32,000 nucleotides of DNA from Candidatus Saccharimonadota bacterium (GCA_022843095.1 JALHOH010000001.1:180001-212000), one strand, 5' to 3'. Positions 9,596 to 18,428 are shown, counted from the first letter of the stretch. A program made the numbers and translations. Notes: generated from the sequence alone by a model not told the origin.

Positions 9596-10117
9596 TTACA
9601 AAAGTCCTAGCGCATCAAGCGCCATGTAGGCGCCATTCACATCCGTTAACGCCCCTTGCTTCAGTTGTACCCGAAATTCCTCCAGCGGAACAACCAGAAC
9701 GTTCGCAAATTCACCCGGGTCTAACGCTTGATCCCCGACACGCACGCAATCGGTTGCCACGCAGACATGACGCTCTCCGGCAGAATACGCACAGGTCATC
9801 GTCTGACCGACATATCGAATCGTCCCCGCATATCCCGTCTCTTCGCGCAGTTCACGCGCTGCCGCCTCTTCAAAGGTTTCACCGGATTCCATGCCTCCAC
9901 CCGGGATCTCACGCACCATCCGCTCCGGACCCGGCCGAAACTGCTCCGCCAAAATCACCTGTTTTTCGGGCGTTAATGCAAGCACACAGACGGCCCTTCC
10001 TTCACGCTTGATTTCAAACGATTGGAGGGATCCATCCGGCAACTCAAAGACACGTTCGATCACCGTACGACGCATCGGTTCTTTTACCGGACGCTCCTCC
10101 CGTTTGATCCAGGCCAT
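9596..10117 (-). CDS. NUDIX hydrolase
   Basis: 173 aa with Nudix box GGGMESGETFEEAAARELREETGY. Confidence 0.85.
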   Translation of the reverse strand: MAWIKREERPVKEPMRRTVIERVFELPDGSLQSFEIKREGRAVCVLALTPEKQVILAEQFRPGPERMVREIPGGGMESGETFEEAAARELREETGYAGTIRYVGQTMTCAYSAGERHVCVATDCVRVGDQALDPGEFANVLVVPLEEFRVQLKQGALTDVNGAYMALDALGLL

Positions 10118-10120
10118 ACC

Positions 10121-11209
10121 TCACGCATTCACGCGGAAGTAGCACACGTCTCCATCCTGCATCACGTAATCCTTGCCTTCGATGCGCGTCAGTCCTTTCG
10201 CGCGGCAACCCGATTCGCCGCCGTTTTCCAAATAGTCTTTCCAGTTCGTGACTTCAACGCGGATAAAATTTTTCTCAAAATCCGTGTGAATCTTTCCGGC
10301 AGCTTCTGGTGCTTTTGCTCCACGACGCACCGTCCAGGCGCGCGCTTCGTCCGGCCCACTCGTCAAAAACGTGATGAGACCAAGCAACGTGTATGCTTCT
10401 TGAATCAACCGATCTAACCCCGAAACACCCGCGCCAGTCATCATCAAATACTCCCGCTTTTCTTCCGGTGACATGGATACAAGATCCACCTCCATCTTGA
10501 TGCACACCGGCACCTGCATCCCGCGAAGCCCTTCTGTTTTTTGTTTCCACGATCCGTCGGCGAGCTGGGATTCGCTCACGTTGACCACATACATCATGGG
10601 CTTAAGCGTGAGCGGCTGATACAAGCGGAGTTGCGCCTGCTCTTCCTCCGTCCATGCCACATCGCGAAGCATCGTCCCCGCTCCGAGTGTTTCCACCGCT
10701 TTTTTTAACGTCGCGATCTCATGCTCCAGCGCCTTCGTCATCCCGCTCTTCGAGGACTTCTCCGCATTCTGTAGCCGCTTGGTAAGCTGATCCAAATCCG
10801 CGATCGCCAGTTCCATGTTGATTGTTTCCGCATCGCGCACCGGATTCACCGATCCATCTACGTGGAGAATATTGGTATCTTCAAATGCACGCACAACCTG
10901 GGCAATCGCATCGGTTTCGCGAATATTCGCCAAAAATTTGTTGCCGAGCCCCTGTCCTTCGGACGCCCCTTTTACAAGGCCGGCAATATCGACAAATTCA
11001 ATCACGGTTGGAATCACCTTCGCGCTCTTATCAAACGCCGCAAGTTGCGCCAGACGATCGTCCGGCACCTCTACAACCCCGACGTTCGGGTCGATCGTGC
11101 AAAACGGATAGTTTGCACAATCTACCTGTTTTTTGGTGATTGCAGAAAACAACGTGGATTTCCCCACGTTCGGAAGGCCAACGATACCGATTTGAAGCGC
11201 CATATGCAT
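10121..11209 (-). CDS. ychF: redox-regulated ATPase YchF (Obg-like GTPase family)
   Basis: 362 aa. IGIVGLPNVGKSTLF P-loop, and a C-terminal TGS-like domain ending KDYVMQDGDVCYFRVNA. An alternative ATG lies 6 nt downstream. Confidence 0.95.
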   Translation of the reverse strand: MHMALQIGIVGLPNVGKSTLFSAITKKQVDCANYPFCTIDPNVGVVEVPDDRLAQLAAFDKSAKVIPTVIEFVDIAGLVKGASEGQGLGNKFLANIRETDAIAQVVRAFEDTNILHVDGSVNPVRDAETINMELAIADLDQLTKRLQNAEKSSKSGMTKALEHEIATLKKAVETLGAGTMLRDVAWTEEEQAQLRLYQPLTLKPMMYVVNVSESQLADGSWKQKTEGLRGMQVPVCIKMEVDLVSMSPEEKREYLMMTGAGVSGLDRLIQEAYTLLGLITFLTSGPDEARAWTVRRGAKAPEAAGKIHTDFEKNFIRVEVTNWKDYLENGGESGCRAKGLTRIEGKDYVMQDGDVCYFRVNA

Positions 11210-11290
11210 CCGATCCTACGCAACCCCGCCCGACCAAGCAAGGGTTGACGGATCCTTGGGACGCGCTAGGGTTCGGGGACGGAGGTACTC

Positions 11291-11617
11291 ATGGAGGGAT
11301 ATCCCGAACGATCCATTCAGCTCATCCAATCCAACGGAACGCCGTGCAGACTTTCCACCGGCATGATGCTCACGATCTGGCACAACCCGGTCACGGGCGT
11401 GACCCTTTCAGCAAAAAACGTCGATGGATCCGCGCTCCTCTTTCGGCAGGGAGAACACACTACTCCCAGCCTCCCTCTTCCCGGTTCGGTCGCGGAAGCG
11501 GCGGACATCTTGCGCCTCTTGGCCGCCCTGATGGGGGGCGCCTGCGAGCTCTCTACCATGGAACCTGGGAAGTTCACCTACCGCTTCACCATTCCTCCCA
11601 AAACAAAAACCCGCTAA
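11291..11617 (+). CDS. hypothetical small protein (108 aa)
   Basis: GGAGG (11281-11285) sits 5 nt before the ATG, and a strong terminator directly follows the TAA. The C-terminus LMGGACELSTMEPGKFTYRFTIP vaguely resembles the end of a histidine-kinase ATPase domain. Confidence 0.5.
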   Translation: MEGYPERSIQLIQSNGTPCRLSTGMMLTIWHNPVTGVTLSAKNVDGSALLFRQGEHTTPSLPLPGSVAEAADILRLLAALMGGACELSTMEPGKFTYRFTIPPKTKTR

Positions 11618-11618
11618 G

Positions 11619-11650
11619 CCCCCACGATCACGTGGGGGTTTTCCTTTTTC
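11619..11650 (+). terminator. rho-independent terminator
   Basis: CCCCCACG (11619-11626), loop ATCA, CGTGGGGG (11631-11638), then TTTTCCTTTTT. Confidence 0.7.
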
Positions 11651-11697
11651 CGGAGATTGACCGATCAGTCGTTATCTCCTACATTTCCCCCACTGAT

Positions 11698-12990
11698 ATG
11701 CCGCACACCACCATCACCCATCTGCCAAAATCGGAGGTAAAAATCGAATTTGAAGTGAGCGTAGATCTTGCACAGCCCTACCTGAAAGAAGCCGTGCGCG
11801 AAATGAGTGAAGCGCGCCCAATTCCTGGATTCCGTCCGGGGAAAGCGCCCTACGAAGAGATCAAAAAGGCGTTTGGTGAAATGCGCATCTACGAAGCGGC
11901 GTTGGAACGCATCGTGCGCGCCGAGTACGCCCGTGCCATTGTGGGTGAAAAACTCGCCCCCATCGCCTCTCCGACGGTGAATGTCGATGCTCTGACCCCG
12001 GGGCAGCCCATCAAGTTCCACATCATTGTCCCGGTCGAACCGACCATGACCACGGCTCCGGATCTTTCTGCGTGCACCGTAAAGAAAGCCGCGGTAGACG
12101 TGAAAGAAACGGACGTGGACGAAGCGGTCGAAGAGCTTCGCAAGATGCGCCGCGAAGAGGTAAAGGTTGAACGCGCTGCGACCTTGGAAGACCTGGTCTT
12201 GATTGATTTGGAAATGACGCGGGATGGGGTTGCGCTCGAAGGCGGGACGGGCCGCGATTATCGCGTCTATCTCAAGGAACAACACTACATCCCGGGTTTT
12301 GCCAAAGAACTCGAAGGGATCTCCGCCGGAGAAACGCGAACCTTTACGCTCCAATTCCCGGAAGAACACTTCCAAAAACACCTTTCTGGTCAGCCGGTCG
12401 ACTTCAAAGCAACGGCAACGGGTGTATTTGAACTTCGGATGCCAACGGCAGACGACGCGTTCGCAAAGGGGGTGGGTCTCGAAACCCTGACGGCGCTGCG
12501 CGAGAAGCTCAAGGAAAACATGACGCTTGAACGTTCCCATAAGGCGAACGAAGCGGCGGAGATCGAAATGCTCGAAAAACTGACAGATGCCGCAGCCTTC
12601 ACCGAAATCCCAGAAGTGTTGGTCAACGAAGAGGTGCGCCGCATGATGAACGAGCTGCAACAGGGCGTCGAAGAACAAGGGATGAAATGGGAAGACTACC
12701 TGTCGAATCTGAAGAAAACCGCGGATGCGCTCAAACTCGACTTTGTTCCGCAGGCCCTGCGTCGGATCAAAACTGCGGTCTTGATCAAATCCTTCGCGAA
12801 ACAGCAGAACATCCAGGTCGAACAAAAGGAGTTGGATGAAGAACAGGACCGAATTTTGTCGGGAATCAAGCCGACGGATCACGAAACGCGTGCGCAGGTC
12901 AGCTCTCCAGAGTTCCGCGACTACATCGCCGTTCAGATCCGAAACCGCAAGACGCTTCAGTGGATCAAAGAACAGTGCGTGAAGGAATAA
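11698..12990 (+). CDS. tig: trigger factor
   Basis: From ATG 11698: MPHTTITHLPKSEVKIEFEVSV, with the ribosome-binding signature PGFRPGKAP. About 430 aa. The 616-aa track ORF (from 11140) is an in-frame upstream extension across the ychF start and the 108-aa gene, and is rejected. Confidence 0.92.
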   Translation: MPHTTITHLPKSEVKIEFEVSVDLAQPYLKEAVREMSEARPIPGFRPGKAPYEEIKKAFGEMRIYEAALERIVRAEYARAIVGEKLAPIASPTVNVDALTPGQPIKFHIIVPVEPTMTTAPDLSACTVKKAAVDVKETDVDEAVEELRKMRREEVKVERAATLEDLVLIDLEMTRDGVALEGGTGRDYRVYLKEQHYIPGFAKELEGISAGETRTFTLQFPEEHFQKHLSGQPVDFKATATGVFELRMPTADDAFAKGVGLETLTALREKLKENMTLERSHKANEAAEIEMLEKLTDAAAFTEIPEVLVNEEVRRMMNELQQGVEEQGMKWEDYLSNLKKTADALKLDFVPQALRRIKTAVLIKSFAKQQNIQVEQKELDEEQDRILSGIKPTDHETRAQVSSPEFRDYIAVQIRNRKTLQWIKEQCVKE

Positions 12991-13005
12991 TCCTCAGCAG
13001 CTATC

Positions 13006-13030
13006 AAAAAAAGGCTTCGCGCCTTTTTTT
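13006..13030. terminator. bidirectional rho-independent terminator
   Basis: AAAAAAAGGC ttcgc GCCTTTTTTT. The A-run/T-run flanks allow termination in both directions. Confidence 0.65.
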
Positions 13031-13386
13031 GTTTGTGTTTGTTTCTGGTCCTGACACATCTATCTTGGTGCCTTACGCATAGAACGCCAGTGTTTCGGCG
13101 AACAAGCGCAACGAACAAAGGGAGATGGCGAATGCAAGCATGAGCTTGTCATTCAGCACCGCAGAGAAGTGCTTATCATAAAGACGAGCAACACCGCGGA
13201 CGGTCGGGCTATTCATATGTCTGTCGTCGGATGTTTTATTTTTTTATTTGTTTTTATCCGACAATAACACAGTACCATGATTTGACGGTCTGATCAAGTC
13301 CATGAAGGGAACGAGAAAAATATATTTTAGTTTTAATGAAAAAATGAGCGCTCGCATTTTTGTCCATCTTCTGACAAGATGCTGAT

Positions 13387-14223
13387 ATGCTCATCGGTGC
13401 ACACGTCAGCGTTGCGGGAGGACTCCCGAACGGACCAAAGAACGCCCATGCATTGGGACTGGAGTGCTTCCAATTCTTTTCGCGTTCCCCCCAAGGTGGC
13501 CCGGCACCAGAAATCACCCCAGCCATCCAGGATGCGTTCCTGAACCAGTGTCAGACCTTGAACCTCAAGCGCTGGGTCATTCATACGCCGTATTACATTA
13601 ATTTTGCCAACCCGGAATCGCGCATTCGAAAAAATTCGGAACGCATCGTCCGGGAAGAGCTGGAACGGGCAACCCTATTATCGGCAACACATGTGATGTT
13701 CCACCCCGGTTCAGGCAAAGAGGTCGGCCAAGAACGGGGACTCGCAATGGTCGTTGAAGGGATCAAACGTGTTCTAGATGGATACGCAGGTTCTGCAAAG
13801 CTTCTGATCGAAATCAGCGCCGGCGCAGGGAGCGTGATTGGCGCCTCCTTTGAGGAAGTGGCGGAAATCCTGGCCGGAGTCGATCATCCGGAACTAGGCG
13901 TCTGCTTTGATACGGCACATGCGTTTGCAAGTGGGTATGATCTTCGCACCCCTGACGCAGTACATGCGACCTTTGCCCAATTTGATCGGCTCATCGGACT
14001 CGATCGTCTCAAAATGAGTCATTGCAATGACAGCAAGATCCCCCTCGGCGGACGCAAAGACCGCCACGACCATCTTGGCGATGGACACATTGGCGTCGAA
14101 GGATTTCGCGCCATCGTGAATCACCCACGCCTTAAGCAATTGGACCTCTTCCTTGAAACGGAACCGACGGATCAGGCAAAGGACATCGCCTTGCTGTACG
14201 CATTACGGGCGGAACGCGTATGA
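13387..14223 (+). CDS. nfo: deoxyribonuclease IV (endonuclease IV)
   Basis: 278 aa. MLIGAHVSVAGG, HTPYYINFANP, and the CFDTAHAFASGYD and HLGDGHIG metal-site blocks. Confidence 0.92.
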   Translation: MLIGAHVSVAGGLPNGPKNAHALGLECFQFFSRSPQGGPAPEITPAIQDAFLNQCQTLNLKRWVIHTPYYINFANPESRIRKNSERIVREELERATLLSATHVMFHPGSGKEVGQERGLAMVVEGIKRVLDGYAGSAKLLIEISAGAGSVIGASFEEVAEILAGVDHPELGVCFDTAHAFASGYDLRTPDAVHATFAQFDRLIGLDRLKMSHCNDSKIPLGGRKDRHDHLGDGHIGVEGFRAIVNHPRLKQLDLFLETEPTDQAKDIALLYALRAERV

Positions 14224-14534
14224 AACTGCGCGTGCACCTGACCCCAAACGCCCGCACCACCGGCATCACTTCCTGGGATGGGGACGTCCTCCGTATCCGC
14301 CTGCATGCGCCACCCATCGAAGGGCGTGCGAATCGAGCGCTGTGCCAGTTTCTAGGAGCCCTTTTTCAGATCCCTCCGACGGCGATTACGCTCCTGCATG
14401 GCTCCAGTGGAAAACAAAAACTCCTGGACATTCCAGGAGATCGAACTACGGTTCACGCGATCCTTCAACGGATGGCACCGGATCCATCCCGCCCGGATGC
14501 CACGGATGGCATCGGAGCATCCGCGCCATCGTGA
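14220..14534 (+). CDS. DUF167/YggU-family protein
   Basis: 104 aa. The pattern [29 protein letters not shown]...[10 protein letters not shown] is typical of DUF167. ATGA start/stop overlap with nfo. Confidence 0.8.
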   Translation: MKLRVHLTPNARTTGITSWDGDVLRIRLHAPPIEGRANRALCQFLGALFQIPPTAITLLHGSSGKQKLLDIPGDRTTVHAILQRMAPDPSRPDATDGIGASAPS

Positions 14535-14733
14535 GACGAGACCCGCGCAGAGCCCCAAACCGCAGAAATGCGGTTTTTCCGTATGCGCTGCAGGTGGGAT
14601 GAAAGCGACAACGCGGTGTCCGCGTAAATCGAGCCAACGGCCCGTGATCCAAAGACAACGTTCGTTGATAGACGGTCACAAGTGCCGCGAGCAGGCGTCC
14701 GAGCCATCGATCAAACACATAGAAGGCAATCAT
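14446..14733 (-). CDS. yidD: membrane protein insertion efficiency factor YidD
   Basis: From ATG 14733: [27 protein letters not shown]...[11 protein letters not shown]...[17 protein letters not shown] overlap with the rnpA stop (14730-14733). The 5' extension of the track ORF is rejected. Confidence 0.85.
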   Translation of the reverse strand: MIAFYVFDRWLGRLLAALVTVYQRTLSLDHGPLARFTRTPRCRFHPTCSAYGKTAFLRFGALRGSRLTMARMLRCHPWHPGGMDPVPSVEGSREP

Positions 14734-15137
14734 ACCTCTGCCTGATAAATAACCGATGTTTTCCGGCGCGCTTTTGGCGGACGTGGCTTCGCGGGAGCAA
14801 GTAGCGCCTCGGGGATTTTTTGAAACGTGCGGCGAATGGATGCAAGCAACACCTCCCATTCTGCCGTCATCGCTTCTGGTTTCGCGACGAACAGCAAATC
14901 CATGTTTACCGGCCATTCCGCACGAACAACGGCAAGCGCTTCCCTGAGCCGCCGCTTCACACGATTTCGATCAACGGCCCGCTTAAACACCTTCGCCGAC
15001 GCCACAAAACCAATTTTCGTAGGCGCATGAGAGGATCGGACGCGCACCGTAAAAAACGGCCCGAATACCGGCCGACCCTTTTGAGACAAGAGCGCAAAAT
15101 CGCGCATCCGTCGCAATCGATCCGCTCGTGGAAGCAT
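14730..15137 (-). CDS. rnpA: ribonuclease P protein component
   Basis: 135 aa. [13 protein letters not shown] start and [16 protein letters not shown] (RNR motif). Canonical position downstream of rpmH. Confidence 0.88.
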   Translation of the reverse strand: MLPRADRLRRMRDFALLSQKGRPVFGPFFTVRVRSSHAPTKIGFVASAKVFKRAVDRNRVKRRLREALAVVRAEWPVNMDLLFVAKPEAMTAEWEVLLASIRRTFQKIPEALLAPAKPRPPKARRKTSVIYQAEV

Positions 15138-15154
15138 GATTCTGTTGTTATTCT

Positions 15155-15181
15155 ACAAAAAATCGGCGAATCCGCCGATTG
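15155..15181 (-). terminator. hairpin plus U-tract between rpmH and rnpA (terminator/attenuator)
   Basis: Minus strand: AATCGGCG gatt CGCCGATT (15180-15161) followed by TTTTGT, located 6 nt after the rpmH stop. Confidence 0.5.
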
Positions 15182-15186
15182 ATTGC

Positions 15187-15354
15187 TTACCGACGGCTGG
15201 TCTTTCCAGGCGTCTTGATGGCCACGCGGCGGCGCCCCTTGGCGCGGCGGCGGGCCAGGACGGCGCGCCCTCCTCGAGTGCGCATACGTGCGCGGAATCC
15301 GTGCACTTTGGCGCGGCGGCGCTTCTTCGGCTGGTACGTTCGCTTGGTTGCCAT
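15187..15354 (-). CDS. rpmH: 50S ribosomal protein L34
   Basis: From ATG 15354: [43 protein letters not shown]. The first 15 codons of the track ORF are discarded. Confidence 0.93.
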   Translation of the reverse strand: MATKRTYQPKKRRRAKVHGFRARMRTRGGRAVLARRRAKGRRRVAIKTPGKTSRR

Positions 15355-15444
15355 ATGAGATGATAGGGGGATTCTTCCATATCCTTTGAAAATGAGCAAG
15401 AGCCCAGGGGATTTTTTTCCGACCCCTGTTGATGAATGACCGAC

Positions 15445-15496
15445 TTATCCACGGGATATCCCCAAGTTTGACAACGGCGTGCGACATTGGAATTAT
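15445..15496 (+). promoter_or_regulatory. candidate dnaA promoter with adjacent DnaA box
   Basis: TTATCCACG (15445-15453, 8/9 to TTATCCACA), TTGACA (15468-15473), 17-nt spacer, then AATTAT (15491-15496). This favours ATG 15518 as the dnaA start, because the track's GTG 15479 lies inside the promoter. Confidence 0.4.
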
Positions 15497-15517
15497 CACG
15501 AACGAATCTACGCCCCC

Positions 15518-16924
15518 ATGACTATGGATCTCCAAGCTCTTTGGCAAGCCGCTCTCGGTGAACTGGAACTCACGCTTTCTAAAGCGAACTTCACGACGTG
15601 GTTCAAGAACACGTTCATTTCCTCCTTTGATAATGGCAAGGTCATGGTGTCCGTCCCAAACGCCTTCACGAAATCCTGGTTAGAAAAGAAATACCATGAT
15701 GCGATCTATCGGGCGCTTCGGAATTCTACAACCCAGCCCATTCGAGAAATCCACTACCGCGTGGAAGTGAAGAATACGACCGTTCTTCCAATCGAACCCC
15801 CGTTGCCCGAGCATGCTCCGGTCATGGCAAGCGAACCGACAGCGCCTGCAGCCCCCGCTTATCCTGCAGCACCGGCATCCACCCCCTCGGCGGACGTCGG
15901 GCTGAACCCGCGCTACGTGTTTGAAACGTTCGTGGTGGGCAAAAGCAACGAACTCGCCCATGCGGCGTGCATGGCCGTCTCGACAAAACCCGGGACCGTC
16001 TACAACCCCCTCTTCCTCTATAGTGGAGCCGGGATGGGAAAAACCCACCTTCTGCAAGCCATCGGACATCACATTTTGCAAACAACCCCGGGAGCACGTA
16101 TCCGCTATGTGACCTGCGAGCGTTTTACCAATGAATTCATCCAATTTGTGCGGAGTGGACGTGGGGCGGATTTCAAAGACATGTACCGCACCGTCGATGT
16201 ACTCTTGATCGATGACATTCAGTTTTTGACCGGCAAAGAAGGGACGCAGGAAGAATTCTTCCACACGTTCAACCATCTCCATCAAAACAACAAACAAATC
16301 ATCATCGCCTCCGATCGACCGCCAAAAGACATTCAAGGTCTGGAAAGCCGTCTTCTGACCCGCTTTGAGTGGGGCATGATGGCCGATATCTCAAAGCCGG
16401 ACTTTGAAACCCGTGTCGCTATTCTGCAGGCCAAAGCGCGCGAAAAAAGCTATCACATCGCGACAGAACTACTGCACACCATCGCCGGGGCGATCCAATC
16501 AAATATCCGCGAACTGGAAGGGGCGTTGAACAAAATTATCGCCTACCACCAATTCAAAAACATTCAGCCCACCGTTCAATCCGTTGAACCCTTGCTGCAA
16601 AGTTTTTCCCCGACGATCACAAAGCGCACCATGTCACCTCGAGCGCTGTTGGAAGCCATCGCCCTCTACTACGAGATTTCGATGGAACAGCTCTTGAGCC
16701 AAAGTCGCGAACGTCGCTTTGCCCTTCCGCGACAAATTGCCATGTACCTGCTTCGCGAAGAGATCAAATGTTCCTACCCGGCAATCGGCGGACATGTGGG
16801 AGGCAGAGACCATACCACCGCCATGCATGCCTGCGAAAAAATCGGGAATCTCTGCGCGCAGGATGATCAAATTCGTCAGGACATCAGCACGATTCGTGAA
16901 CGACTCTACACAGGAAGCAAATAG
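15518..16924 (+). CDS. dnaA: chromosomal replication initiator DnaA
   Basis: MTMDLQALWQAALGELELTLSKANFTTWF, Walker A GAGMGKTHLL, LLIDDIQFL, and C-terminal DNA-binding blocks LPRQIAMYLLRE and GGRDHTTAMHACEKI. Confidence 0.97.
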   Translation: MTMDLQALWQAALGELELTLSKANFTTWFKNTFISSFDNGKVMVSVPNAFTKSWLEKKYHDAIYRALRNSTTQPIREIHYRVEVKNTTVLPIEPPLPEHAPVMASEPTAPAAPAYPAAPASTPSADVGLNPRYVFETFVVGKSNELAHAACMAVSTKPGTVYNPLFLYSGAGMGKTHLLQAIGHHILQTTPGARIRYVTCERFTNEFIQFVRSGRGADFKDMYRTVDVLLIDDIQFLTGKEGTQEEFFHTFNHLHQNNKQIIIASDRPPKDIQGLESRLLTRFEWGMMADISKPDFETRVAILQAKAREKSYHIATELLHTIAGAIQSNIRELEGALNKIIAYHQFKNIQPTVQSVEPLLQSFSPTITKRTMSPRALLEAIALYYEISMEQLLSQSRERRFALPRQIAMYLLREEIKCSYPAIGGHVGGRDHTTAMHACEKIGNLCAQDDQIRQDISTIRERLYTGSK

Positions 16925-16927
16925 AAG

Positions 16928-16955
16928 AACGCCCAAAATACGGGCGTTTTTCTTC
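16928..16955 (+). terminator. rho-independent terminator after dnaA
   Basis: AACGCCC (16928-16934), 7-nt loop, GGGCGTT (16942-16948), then TTTTCTTC. Confidence 0.65.
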
Positions 16956-16977
16956 ACTTCACACCTGATCCCCAACG

Positions 16978-17225
16978 CGATCCACAGAATCCCCCCTCCT
17001 ATCCCCAACTCATCCCACCCACATCCCCCCATTGTCCCCGGGGACAACCTGCGGACGCGTCACGGCATAACACTGTGCGCATCCTGTGCGAAGCGCCCAC
17101 CGCTTTTCTCCTTCCCCAATTCTATCCACCGCGCTCCCCCGTCTCTCCCCAATCCACTGGGGATGGAACTTCCTCATAATCCCCTTTCTTCTCTGCGAAT
17201 TCCGTACTTATCCCCGCCATCCACA
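16978..17225 (+). promoter_or_regulatory. cluster of degenerate DnaA-box-like motifs in the dnaA-dnaN spacer
   Basis: All on the same strand: CGATCCACA 16978, CTATCCCCA 16999, CTATCCACC 17122, CAATCCACT 17150, TTATCCCCG 17208, CCATCCACA 17217. Each matches TTATCCACA at 6-7 of 9 positions. Also a 16-bp palindrome TTGTCCCCGGGGACAA at 17032-17047. Confidence 0.4.
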
Positions 17226-17272
17226 CGCCCTACTACCCTTTCTGCTTTCTATATGTCTAAATCTCTCTAACT

Positions 17273-18400
17273 ATGATCTTCGCCTGCACTCAAGAAAATC
17301 TCGCACAAGGACTCGGACTCGTTGGACACATTGCGGGTAAGAATGCGAACCTCCCGATTCTTGGAAACGTACTCATGAAGACGGATGGAGGAAACCTCCG
17401 TCTTTCGACGACAAACCTAGAAATGGCGGTATCCGTCCTCATTCGAGGTCGTGTCGAACAACCAGGAGAATTCACGGTTCCCGCAAAGCTGTTGATGGAA
17501 TACGTCGCATTGCTCCCAAATGGAAAAATCGAACTCATTGTTGACGGCGATGCGTTGGAAATCAAAACCGAAGGAAACACCACCAAGATGAAAGGGATGG
17601 CCGCTGCGGAATACCCGCTTCTCCCAAAGCTCGCGACTGAAGAACCCTACAAACTCGAAGCAGGCGCACTGCGTCAGGCGATCTCGCAGGTCGCGTTCGC
17701 TGTATCCTCTTCAGACTCACGGCCAGAACTTTCGGGGGTGTCCTGCTATTTTCACGGACTTGGAGGACCAAACACCCTTGTCATGGCAGCCACTGACTCC
17801 TATCGCCTCTCAGAACGCGTCATCACCCTCCAGGGAGGCAATACGAAGGAGCAAAAGTGTATTGTGCCCGCGAGAGCCATCCAGGAAGTCGCACGCATCC
17901 TGTCGGCGTATAAGGACGAAATGGCCACACCGGAAGAAGCGTCGTGGTCCATGACGGATTCACAGTTTGTCCTGACATTTGGGAACGTGGAGTTGGTCTC
18001 GCGTCTCATTGAAGGGGCGTTTCCAGATTATCGCCAGATTATCCCCACTCAATTTCGCACGGCGTTCACTGTGACGCGCGGAGAGTTGCAAAAGGCGTTC
18101 AAGGCAGCGAGTCTGTTTTCAAAGCAAGGATTGTTTGATGTGCATGTGGCTGTGGAAAACGGTGCGCTGAAAATTAGTTCTTCGGACACCGGCACCGGTG
18201 CGCATACCACAACCATTGCGCTTGCCGAGTCGGTTGAACCAAATAAAGTCACGTTGAATTATCGGTATGTCTCGGACGGGTTATCGGCTATGGGAACGGA
18301 TACGGTGCGTTTTCAAATGATCGATGGGATGAACCCCGTCGTCATCACGCCGGCGAATGGAGAAGGGTTCCAGTACATCGTGATGCCCATCCGCCAGTAG
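17273..18400 (+). CDS. dnaN: DNA polymerase III beta sliding clamp
   Basis: 375 aa, MIFACTQENLAQGL...NLEMAVS...ATDSYRLSERV...FQYIVMPIRQ. Directly downstream of dnaA. Confidence 0.95.
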   Translation: MIFACTQENLAQGLGLVGHIAGKNANLPILGNVLMKTDGGNLRLSTTNLEMAVSVLIRGRVEQPGEFTVPAKLLMEYVALLPNGKIELIVDGDALEIKTEGNTTKMKGMAAAEYPLLPKLATEEPYKLEAGALRQAISQVAFAVSSSDSRPELSGVSCYFHGLGGPNTLVMAATDSYRLSERVITLQGGNTKEQKCIVPARAIQEVARILSAYKDEMATPEEASWSMTDSQFVLTFGNVELVSRLIEGAFPDYRQIIPTQFRTAFTVTRGELQKAFKAASLFSKQGLFDVHVAVENGALKISSSDTGTGAHTTTIALAESVEPNKVTLNYRYVSDGLSAMGTDTVRFQMIDGMNPVVITPANGEGFQYIVMPIRQ

Positions 18401-18428
18401 CCTTCCGAGCTATGATATACTCCTCCGT

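Noticed and set aside
11140-11697. N-terminal 186 codons of the 616-aa track ORF, which would make a giant trigger factor.
   Set aside because: This part overlaps the ychF start, the 108-aa gene and a terminator, and is Arg/Gly/His-rich. The canonical trigger factor N-terminus begins at ATG 11698.
11665-12882. 405-aa minus-strand ORF antisense to tig. The same applies to 2182..2955 +, 7562..8608 +, 15680..16336 -, 21804..22502 - and 30968..31489 -.
   Set aside because: These are shadow ORFs opposite well-supported genes. They are Arg/His/Phe- or Arg/Gly/Trp-rich with no recognisable motifs.
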